Below are positions 24,419 through 31,352 of a stretch of 32,000 bases of DNA, in pieces. A program made the translations under genes and the position numbers. Every line of letters starts with the position of its first letter. Position 1 is the first letter of the stretch. Below the pieces are notes generated by a model. That model was not told the origin of the DNA, did no database searches, and saw only the letters and a list, made by a program, of their open reading frames with translations. This stretch comes from Kineococcus radiotolerans SRS30216 = ATCC BAA-149. Lineage in GTDB: Bacteria; Actinomycetota; Actinomycetes; Actinomycetales; Kineococcaceae. The stretch covers positions 2,670,001 to 2,702,000 of the forward strand of contig NC_009664.2 in the NCBI RefSeq assembly GCF_000017305.1, in the 5' to 3' direction.

Positions 24419-25782
24419 CAGCTGCCCACCACGTCCAGCCCCGCCTTCTGCAGCCGCGCCACGGCCGCGGCGTCGGCGTCGGCGAGCACCTGGGCGAAGG
24501 TGGTGCCGCCGGTGGCGACCTTCCCGAACCCGTCGGTGAGGTCGGAGTCGACCTGGCCGTTGGCGGGCCCGTCGGTCCACGTCGCGGGCGTGACGTCGGC
24601 GGCGTCGCGGTAGACGTCGTAGATGGCCTGGTCGCCGAAGTAGGGGAACTTCTCGGCCAGGGCGGGGTCGTCGAAACCGGACTTCGCGGTGGGGAAGATG
24701 CCCCCGACCGAGATGAGCTCGGTCACCGAGGCGGGGTCACCGTTGAGCCAGCGGATGAACTTCGTGGCGCCCTCGAGGTCGGTGGCGCCGGCGAGCACGA
24801 CGTTGGCCGCGCCACCGCTGTCACCGGCCACCGGTTCGCCGCCGGCGGTGGGCTGGGGAGCCACCTTCCACTTCCCGGCCAGGTCGGCGCAGTTCTCGAT
24901 GAGCTGCACGGGGAACCAGGCGGCGTAGGTGATGGTCGCGATCTGGCCGGCGTTGACGGCGGCCCAGTAGTCGGGGGTCCACATCTCGGTCACCTTGAGC
25001 AGGCCGGCGTCGAGCAGGCGCTGCCAGCGGGCGGCGACCTCCTGGCTGGCGGGGCTGTCGACGACCACGTCCCACGCCTGGCCCTCGATGCCGAAGTAGG
25101 AACCGCCGGCCTGCGAGACGTCCTGGACCCACTGCCCGATCTCGCTGGGGGAGAACCCCGCCAGGTAGACGTCCGGGTCGGCGGCGTGCAGGGCCGCGGC
25201 CGCGGCCTCGTACTCGGCGTAGGTGGTGGGTACGGCGATCCCGTGCTGCTGGAGGATGTCCTCGCGGTACATCATCGCCGTGGGGCCGCTGCCCTGCGGC
25301 AGGCCGTAGACGTCCTCGCCGACGGTCACCGACTTCCAGGAGGCCGGGGTGTAGAGGTTCTCATCGTCGCGGACGAACTCGGTGATCGCCTGGACGCGCT
25401 CGTTGATCACGTAGTCGGGCAGCCCGTGGGTCGACAGCTGCACGATGTCCGGTCCGGCGCCCGCGTCCACGGCCGCCTCGACCTTCTTGCCGTCGTCGCC
25501 GGTCATGCGGTGGAACTCCACGGGGACGTCGGGGTTCGCGGCGTTCCAGGTCGCGACGAGGTCCTCCAGACCGGGCACCCACCCCCAGAACTGCAGGGCC
25601 TCGCTCTTCGAGCCGCCGGAACCGCCGTCCCCGCTGCTGCCGTCCCCGCTGCTGCAGGCTCCCAGGAGCCCGCCCGCCCCGAGGGCCGCTCCGAGGGCGG
25701 TGAAGGAGCGGCGGGTCGGACCCGCCGCGCTGCCGGGTCGGTCTGCTGCGCGGTCGTCGTCCGCGTCGACGGTCCTGGTCAT
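24418..25782 (-). CDS. Extracellular solute-binding lipoprotein of a carbohydrate ABC transporter (family 1 SBP).
   Basis: ATG at 25782 is preceded by GAGGGGA. Twin-arginine-like TRRSF is followed by the lipobox LLGAC, then a Gly/Ser linker. The SBP-like body contains FWGW. Confidence 0.88.
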   Translation of the reverse strand: MTRTVDADDDRAADRPGSAAGPTRRSFTALGAALGAGGLLGACSSGDGSSGDGGSGGSKSEALQFWGWVPGLEDLVATWNAANPDVPVEFHRMTGDDGKKVEAAVDAGAGPDIVQLSTHGLPDYVINERVQAITEFVRDDENLYTPASWKSVTVGEDVYGLPQGSGPTAMMYREDILQQHGIAVPTTYAEYEAAAAALHAADPDVYLAGFSPSEIGQWVQDVSQAGGSYFGIEGQAWDVVVDSPASQEVAARWQRLLDAGLLKVTEMWTPDYWAAVNAGQIATITYAAWFPVQLIENCADLAGKWKVAPQPTAGGEPVAGDSGGAANVVLAGATDLEGATKFIRWLNGDPASVTELISVGGIFPTAKSGFDDPALAEKFPYFGDQAIYDVYRDAADVTPATWTDGPANGQVDSDLTDGFGKVATGGTTFAQVLADADAAAVARLQKAGLDVVGS

Positions 25783-25866
25783 CGTGTCCCCTCGGAGTTC
25801 GTCGTGGCCGTGGCCACCGCGCGGCCGCTGTGCCGCGCCCCCGACGATGACCCCCTGCGTCGAGGG

Positions 25867-25890
25867 TGTCAAGATAATCGTCTGACGAAT
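25867..25890. promoter_or_regulatory. Divergent promoter core with operator AATCGTC-T-GACGAAT between the fucose operon and the CE7 esterase gene.
   Basis: TCGTCTGACGA (25878..25888) has perfect 5-1-5 symmetry and the same core as the 14373..14387 site. Adjacent AT-rich hexamers: GATAAT on the plus strand (25873..25878), and TTGACA on the minus strand (complement of 25867..25872). This is the most AT-rich spot in the window. Confidence 0.55.
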
Positions 25891-25942
25891 CGTGAGCTGC
25901 GGGCGCTGTCGCCGGCCCGCAGCACGGACGAAGGAGTTCGGC

Positions 25943-26929
25943 GTGGCCCTGTCCGACCTGTCCCTGGAAGACCTCGAGAAGCTCGACCTGACGCTGCACG
26001 AGCCCGCGGGCCTCGACGAGTTCTGGGCCCGCACGCTGTCCGCGGCCGACGCCCACCCCCTCGACGTCCACCGGGAGCCCGTCGTCACTCATCTGACGAC
26101 CCTGCGCCACGAGGACCTGTCCTTCGCCGGCTACGACGGACACCGGATCAACGCCTGGCTCGTGCTGCCGGCCGGCGCCGAGGGCCCGCTGCCCGCGGTC
26201 GTGGAGTTCGTCGGCTACGGCGGCGGCCGCGGCCTGCCCCAGGACCGGCTCACCTGGGCCAGCGCCGGCTACGCCCACCTCGTCGTCGACACCCGCGGTC
26301 AGGGCGCGGCCTGGGGCAGCGGCGGCGCCACCGCCGACCCCGTCGGCTACGACGTCTCCACCCCCGGCTTCATGACCCGCGGCATCCTCGACAAGGACAC
26401 CTACTACTACCGGCGCGTCTTCACCGACGCCGTGCGCGCGGTGCGGGCCGCCCGGTCCCTGCCCGAGGTCCGCGCCGACGCCGTCTGCGTGGCCGGCGCC
26501 AGCCAGGGCGGCGCGATCGCGCTGGCCGCGGCCTCCCTCTCGCCCGACGTGCGCGCGGTGATGGCCGACGTCCCGTTCCTGTCCTGGTTCCGCCGGGCCC
26601 TGCAGATCACCGCGGTCGAGCCCTACACCGAGGTCGTCCGCTACCTCAGCGTCCACCGCGACCACGTCGAGCGGGTGCTCGACACCCTCGACCACTTCGA
26701 CGTCGCCCACCTCGTCCCGCGCGCCACCGCCCCCGCGCTCATCTCCCTCGCCCTGATGGACCGGGTGTGCCCGCCCTCGACCGTGTGGGCCGCCTACCGT
26801 CGCTACGGCGGGCCCGCGGAGCTGTCGGTGCACCCCTTCAACGACCACGAGGGCGGGCAGACGCACCAGTGGCGCCGCCAGCTGGAGTGGCTCTCGGCGC
26901 TGCTCACGGCACCGGGGGCGAGCGCCTAA
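25943..26929 (+). CDS. Carbohydrate esterase family 7 acetyl esterase (acetyl xylan esterase / cephalosporin-C deacetylase type).
   Basis: CE7 signature motifs RGQG, GASQGG (GxSQG) and DHE, plus LMDRVCPPSTV. GTG at 25943 is preceded by AAGGAG 6 nt upstream, and is preferred over the track start at 25892. Confidence 0.88.
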   Translation: MALSDLSLEDLEKLDLTLHEPAGLDEFWARTLSAADAHPLDVHREPVVTHLTTLRHEDLSFAGYDGHRINAWLVLPAGAEGPLPAVVEFVGYGGGRGLPQDRLTWASAGYAHLVVDTRGQGAAWGSGGATADPVGYDVSTPGFMTRGILDKDTYYYRRVFTDAVRAVRAARSLPEVRADAVCVAGASQGGAIALAAASLSPDVRAVMADVPFLSWFRRALQITAVEPYTEVVRYLSVHRDHVERVLDTLDHFDVAHLVPRATAPALISLALMDRVCPPSTVWAAYRRYGGPAELSVHPFNDHEGGQTHQWRRQLEWLSALLTAPGASA

Positions 26930-26939
26930 GCTTCGGGCC

Positions 26940-27515
26940 GTGACCACCCCCGCCCCCGACACCTCCCGTCTGGCCGAGCTCATCGCCACCAAGGCCGTCG
27001 TGCGGGGGGCGGTGACGCTCTCCAGCGGGGAGCAGGCCGACTACTACGTCGACCTGCGCCGCATCAGCCTCGACGGCGAGGCCTCCGCGCTCGTCGGGCC
27101 CGTCCTGCTCGACCTCGTCGCCGACTGGGACTTCGAGGCCGTCGGCGGGCTGACCATGGGGGCCGACCCCGTCGCCCTCGCCATGGTCCACGCCGCCAAC
27201 GCCCGCGGCTGGGCCGCCGCCCACGGCGGGAAGCCGCTGGACGCGTTCGTCGTGCGCAAGGCCGAGAAGACCCACGGGCTGCAGCGGCGCGTCGAGGGCC
27301 CCGACGTCGCCGGGCGCCGGGTGCTCGCCGTGGAGGACACCTCCACCACGGGCGGTTCCGTGCTCACCGCCGTCGAGGCGCTGCGCGCGGCCGGGGCCGA
27401 GGTCGTCGGGGTCGCCGTCATCGTCGACCGCGACACCGGCGCCAGGGAGAGGGTCGAGGCCGAGGGCGTGCCCTACCGCCACGCCTACGGCCTCGCCGAC
27501 ATCGGGCTCGCCTGA
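26940..27515 (+). CDS. pyrE: Orotate phosphoribosyltransferase.
   Basis: PRPP-binding loop VLAVEDTSTTGGS. LSSGEQADYYVDLR N-terminal motif. Length is typical of the short actinobacterial PyrE. Confidence 0.93.
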   Translation: MTTPAPDTSRLAELIATKAVVRGAVTLSSGEQADYYVDLRRISLDGEASALVGPVLLDLVADWDFEAVGGLTMGADPVALAMVHAANARGWAAAHGGKPLDAFVVRKAEKTHGLQRRVEGPDVAGRRVLAVEDTSTTGGSVLTAVEALRAAGAEVVGVAVIVDRDTGARERVEAEGVPYRHAYGLADIGLA

Positions 27516-27895
27516 TGGGCACCGCCGGGACCGTCGTCCTGATCGTCGTCGTCCTGCTCGTCCTCGTCGTCGCCCTCTGGTCGGTCGCCACCCGCGCGGC
27601 CCTGGTCCGGATGCGCGACCTCGCCGTGGAGGCCGGGGCGCTGGCCGAGCAGCGGCGCAGCCGCCTCGCCGACCTCTCCGCCCACCTCGCCGCGCAGGAG
27701 GCGGCGGAGGCCCCCGCCGACCCGCAGACGGTGCGGGCCCTCGCCGACGCCGAGCACCGCCTCGCCGGCGACATCGCCTTCCACTCCGCCGCCGTGCGCG
27801 CCTACGACCGGCGCCTGTCCGCCGTGCCCGCCTCCTGGGTCGGGACCCTGACCGGGCTGCACCCCCTCGGCGCGGCCGCCGAGCAGCAGCGCTGA
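27515..27895 (+). CDS. Small single-pass membrane protein, LemA-like (short form).
   Basis: N-terminal TM VVLIVVVLLVLVVALW. The C-terminal FHSAAVRAYDRRLSAVPASWVGTLTGLHP resembles the LemA C-terminal YN..V..YN...FP motif. ATG overlaps the pyrE stop (TGATG). Confidence 0.45.
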   Translation: MGTAGTVVLIVVVLLVLVVALWSVATRAALVRMRDLAVEAGALAEQRRSRLADLSAHLAAQEAAEAPADPQTVRALADAEHRLAGDIAFHSAAVRAYDRRLSAVPASWVGTLTGLHPLGAAAEQQR

Positions 27896-28707
27896 ACGCC
27901 CTCGCCGCGGTCCTGCCCGCCCTGCGCTGCCCCGTCTGCGCCGGCGGGCTGGACCTGGCCGGGCGGACCCTCGGCTGCGCCGCCGGGCACCGCTTCGACC
28001 TCGCCCGCCAGGGCTACGTCAACCTCGCCGTGGGCTCCGCGGCGGCCGGGGACACCCCCGCCATGGTCGCCGCCCGCGAGGGGTTCCTCGCCGCGGGCCA
28101 CTACGCCCCGGTCGCCGCCGCGCTCGCGGACCGCGCCGTGCCGGGGTTCGTCGTCGACGTCGGGGGCGGCACGGGCCACTACCTCGCCGCCGTGCTCGAG
28201 CGCACCGGCGGGTCCGGCGTCGTCGTGGAGGCCTCCACCGCGGCGCTGAAGCGGGCCGCGCGCGCCCACCCGCGGGCGGCGGCCGTGGGGGCCGACGTGT
28301 GGCGGGGGCTGCCCCTCGCCGACGCCTCCGCCGACCTGGTGACCACGGTCTTCGCCCCCCGGGCGGTCGCCGAGGTCGCCCGGGTCCTGCGCCCGGGCGG
28401 GCGGTGGGTGGTGGTGACGCCCCTGCCCGAGCACTTGGAGGAGGTCCGCGGCCCGCTGGGCATGGTGGGGGTGGAGGAGCGCAAGGCCGAACGCCTGCAC
28501 GCCGACCTCGCCGGGTTCGAGGCCGTCGCCGAGGACGAGCTGCGCGTCCCGCGCCCGCTGCGGCGCGAGGACCTGCGCGCCCTGGTCCTCATGGGCCCCA
28601 GCGCCCACCACGTGGACCCCGCCGAGCTCGACCGGCGCCTCGCGGGGTTCCCCGGGGAGGTCCCCGTCACCGTCGGGGTGCGCCTCACCGTCGTGCGCCG
28701 CCCCTGA
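27892..28707 (+). CDS. rlmA: 23S rRNA (guanine-N1)-methyltransferase, RlmA family. N-terminal zinc ribbon plus class I SAM methyltransferase. Proposed non-canonical CTG start.
   Basis: In-frame translation upstream of the first canonical start (GTG at 28030) reads NALAAVLPALRCPVCAGGLDLAGRTLGCAAGHRFDLARQGYVNLAVGS. This parallels E. coli RlmA (CPLC...CPQRHQFD..KEGYVNLL). Downstream DTPAMVAAREGFLAAGHYAPV and VVDVGGGTGHY match the family. Function confidence is high. The start coordinate is uncertain. Confidence 0.75.
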   Translation: MNALAAVLPALRCPVCAGGLDLAGRTLGCAAGHRFDLARQGYVNLAVGSAAAGDTPAMVAAREGFLAAGHYAPVAAALADRAVPGFVVDVGGGTGHYLAAVLERTGGSGVVVEASTAALKRAARAHPRAAAVGADVWRGLPLADASADLVTTVFAPRAVAEVARVLRPGGRWVVVTPLPEHLEEVRGPLGMVGVEERKAERLHADLAGFEAVAEDELRVPRPLRREDLRALVLMGPSAHHVDPAELDRRLAGFPGEVPVTVGVRLTVVRRP

Positions 28708-28709
28708 GG

Positions 28710-29333
28710 TCAGGCGGGCCGGACCGCGCGGCCCAGGACCGCGGTGGGGACCTCCAGACCGGCCCCCGCCAGCCGCGCCCGGAACGCCTCGACCTCCCCG
28801 GCCGCGACCGGGACGACCGCGCGCCAGCCCGTCCCCGTCCACGTCACGTCCTCCAGGGCGTGCTCGCGCCGCAGCGCCGCCTCGACCCGGCCCCCTCCGC
28901 CGGGACCGGTGCGGACCTCGACGAGCTCGACGTGGCGGCGGGGCACGACCCCGGCCTCGGCCAGCGCCCCGGACACCGCGCCGCCGTAGGCGCGCACCAG
29001 CCCGCCGGTGCCCAGCAGCACCCCGCCGAACCACCGGGTGACGACGGCGACGACCCCGGTCACCCCCGCCCCCCGCAGCGCCGCCAGCATCGGCGCCCCG
29101 GCCGTGCCGGCGGGCTCCCCGTCGTCGGAGGAGCGGCGCCGCTCGCCGTCCTCGCCGAGGACGGAGGCGGTGCAGTGGTGGCGGGCGCCGGGGAACTCCC
29201 GCCGGACCCGGGCGAGCACGGCGTCCAGCGCCGCGTCGTCGTCGACGGGTTCCAGGGTGGTGAGGAAGCGCGACCGCTCGACGACGGTCTCGGTGCGCAC
29301 CGCCCGCGCCGGCACGGGCAGCGGGGCCCTCAC
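28710..29333 (-). CDS. IMPACT/YigZ family protein (UPF0029).
   Basis: RSRFLT...ARHHCTASVLG...SSDDGEPAGTAGAPML...VVAVVTRWFGGVLLGTGGLVRAYG matches the YigZ N-terminal domain signature. GTG at 29333 overlaps the DedA stop (GTGA). Confidence 0.8.
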   Translation of the reverse strand: MRAPLPVPARAVRTETVVERSRFLTTLEPVDDDAALDAVLARVRREFPGARHHCTASVLGEDGERRRSSDDGEPAGTAGAPMLAALRGAGVTGVVAVVTRWFGGVLLGTGGLVRAYGGAVSGALAEAGVVPRRHVELVEVRTGPGGGGRVEAALRREHALEDVTWTGTGWRAVVPVAAGEVEAFRARLAGAGLEVPTAVLGRAVRPA

Positions 29334-29953
29334 GACCGGGGCCGCCGGGTCCGCCGGCGCAGCCAGGACACCAGGGGCGCCAGGACGGAGAAGAGGACCG
29401 CGACCCCGGCGATGGAGTAGGCGAGGGTCCGCACCCACGGCAGGGAGTCCGCGGCGTAGCCGGCGAGGACGAGCATCGCCCCCCAGCACAGGGCGCCCAC
29501 GACGTTGGCGGAGAAGAACTTGGCGTAGGGCATGGCCGCGGTGCCGGCGATGATCGGGGTGAAGGCCCGCAGCCAGGGGATGAACCGGCAGGCCACGACC
29601 GCGAACCAGCCGTACCGCGCGTAGAAGGCCTCGGCCCTCGGCAGGTGGTGGGCCGCCTTCCCGGCCCGGCGCAGCAGCCACGGCCGGCCCAGCCGGCGCC
29701 CGGTCCAGTACCCGACGGTGTCGCCGAGGATCGCGGCCAGCGTCACCCCGACGACGAGGACGGGCAGCGAGACCGGTGACCCGTCGCGGGCGGCGACGAG
29801 ACCGGCGGTGAAGAGGACGGTGCTGCCCGGGAGCCAGAAGCCGACGAGGGTGCCCGTCTCGGCGAAGACGATCCCGAAGACCAGGACGTACAGCCCGAGC
29901 GCCCCGAGGTCCTCGAGCCGGGGGTCGGAGAGCTGCGCGAGCCAGTCGGACAC
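29330..29953 (-). CDS. DedA-family (VTT/SNARE-associated domain) membrane protein, copy 1.
   Basis: FAETGTLVGFWLPGSTVLFTAG, GDTVGYWTGRRLG and ACRFIPWLRAFTPIIAG are DedA motifs. Confidence 0.85.
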   Translation of the reverse strand: MSDWLAQLSDPRLEDLGALGLYVLVFGIVFAETGTLVGFWLPGSTVLFTAGLVAARDGSPVSLPVLVVGVTLAAILGDTVGYWTGRRLGRPWLLRRAGKAAHHLPRAEAFYARYGWFAVVACRFIPWLRAFTPIIAGTAAMPYAKFFSANVVGALCWGAMLVLAGYAADSLPWVRTLAYSIAGVAVLFSVLAPLVSWLRRRTRRPRS

Positions 29954-29987
29954 CCGGCGATCCTGTCAGACGGCGCCGCGGCGACCC

Positions 29988-30413
29988 TCAGGGAGCGAGG
30001 GCCGCCAGCCGGGCCCGCTCCTCGGCGCCGAGGCGCCGCGGCCGGCCGGTGGCGAAGTCGTAGGCGACGCAGACCGTCGTGGCGCGCACGTAGGTCCGCA
30101 GCTCACCGACGGCGGACTCGTCGGGTTCGAGGACCTCGTAGCCGACCTCGAAGCTGGCACCACCCGTTCGGCCGATCCACAGGTCCACGGCGACCGGGGC
30201 GAGGCGGTAGTCCAGCGGGGCGAGGTACTCCACGGTGTGCTTGGCCACGACCATCCCCGTCGCGAGCATCGGGGCGGAACCGTCGGGGGAGGCGATCCCG
30301 AAGGCCCGCACGCGGGCCTCCTCGAGGACCCTCAGGAGCTCGACGTTGTTGACGTGCCGGTAGGCGTCCATGTCCCCCCACCGCAGGGACAGGAGCAGAC
30401 GCTGACGGGCCAC
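29988..30413 (-). CDS. Hotdog-fold acyl-CoA thioesterase (4HBT/YbgC-like).
   Basis: LRWGDMDAYRHVNNVELLRVLEEARV is the typical N-terminal motif (D..GHVNN). 141 aa. Confidence 0.8.
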   Translation of the reverse strand: MARQRLLLSLRWGDMDAYRHVNNVELLRVLEEARVRAFGIASPDGSAPMLATGMVVAKHTVEYLAPLDYRLAPVAVDLWIGRTGGASFEVGYEVLEPDESAVGELRTYVRATTVCVAYDFATGRPRRLGAEERARLAALAP

Positions 30414-30437
30414 CGGGGCATCCTGCCCGGTGGCGGC

Positions 30438-31178
30438 TCAGCGCTGGGTCTCGGGGGTCTTGCCGGCCCCGCCGGCCTGCGCGGGCAGGGTCGCGGGGCG
30501 GTGGTGGTCCTTCCCGCGGTTGCGCAGGTACTCGATGCCGACGGGGATCAGCGACAGCACGACGAGCAGCAGCAGGCCGAGTTCGAGGTTCTCCCGGATG
30601 AGCCGGATGTTGCCCAGCGCGTAGCCCAGCAGCGTGATCCCGGTGGCCCACAGGACGGCGCCGATCGCGGAGAACGTCAGGAACGTCCTGCGCGGCATGG
30701 CTCCCGCGCCCGCGGCGAGGGTGATGAAGGTGCGCACGACGGGGACGAAGCGGGCCAGGATGATCGCCCGGGCGCCGAAGCGGTCGAAGAACTTGCGGGT
30801 CTGCGCGATGCGCTGGGGGGTCAGCAGCTTGGAGCCCGGCCGGTCGAACAGGGCCGGCCCGGCCTTGTGCCCGATCTCGTACCCGACGACGTTGCCGAGG
30901 AACGCCGCGACCGACAGCAGCAGGCAGGAGACCCAGAGCGGCTCCTTCAGCACGTCGGAGTGGGTGAACAGCCCGACGGTGAACAGCAGGGAGTCGCCGG
31001 GCAGGAAGAAGAGGAACAACCCGCACTCGACGAACACGATCGCGATCGAGACCCACAGCGCGGCCGGGCCGAGGGCGTCCAGGAAGTGCTCCGGGCTGGC
31101 CCACTCGGGCAGCAGGGCGGGAGCGGCCGCCGGCATCGACGTGGTCAGCGCGGTGGTGAACTCGGCGAGCAGGGGCAC
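30438..31178 (-). CDS. DedA-family membrane protein, copy 2.
   Basis: FVECGLFLFFLPGDSLLFTVG, GNVVGYEIGHKAG and ARFVPVVRTFITLAAG. GC3 is high from GTG at 31178; alternative ATG at 31136. Confidence 0.85.
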   Translation of the reverse strand: MPLLAEFTTALTTSMPAAAPALLPEWASPEHFLDALGPAALWVSIAIVFVECGLFLFFLPGDSLLFTVGLFTHSDVLKEPLWVSCLLLSVAAFLGNVVGYEIGHKAGPALFDRPGSKLLTPQRIAQTRKFFDRFGARAIILARFVPVVRTFITLAAGAGAMPRRTFLTFSAIGAVLWATGITLLGYALGNIRLIRENLELGLLLLVVLSLIPVGIEYLRNRGKDHHRPATLPAQAGGAGKTPETQR

Positions 31179-31273
31179 GTGCTCCAGGGTAAGTCCCCCT
31201 CGGACGCCCGCGGGCGCCCCGGCCCGGAGATCAGCCCAGAGGATGACCCGTGCTCCCCGGGGTCAGCCCATCG

Positions 31274-31305
31274 GCCGACCCCGGGCCCGGGGGCCCGGGG
31301 TCGGC
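31274..31305. promoter_or_regulatory. 32-nt perfect inverted repeat GCCGACCCCGGGCC-CGGG-GGCCCGGGGTCGGC in the DedA/ankyrin divergent region.
   Basis: A 14-bp stem was verified pair by pair (31274..31287 with 31305..31292), with a 4-nt loop. It lies 48 nt upstream of the ankyrin GTG at 31353. Confidence 0.5.
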
Positions 31306-31352
31306 GCCGCCGCCGGCACCCCTCCCGCGGCGGCGCTCGTTAGGATCCGGCG

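Noticed and set aside
25892-25942. The longer N-terminus (MSCGRCRRPAARTKEFG) of the CE7 esterase.
   Set aside because: AAGGAG lies inside it, 6 nt upstream of GTG at 25943. The extra residues are Arg/Cys-rich and unlike CE7 N-termini. The extension would also run into the predicted operator and promoter.
28030-28032. GTG at 28030 as the start of the rRNA methyltransferase (the ORF-track call).
   Set aside because: It would remove the conserved CPVC...GHRFD...QGYVNL zinc-ribbon module, which is encoded in frame immediately upstream. See the CTG-start finding.
29956-29966. CTGTCAGACGG, just upstream of DedA copy 1, which resembles half of the TCGTC-N-GACGA operator.
   Set aside because: The left arm has two mismatches and symmetry is lost. 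That is insufficient to call a third site without a position-weight matrix.
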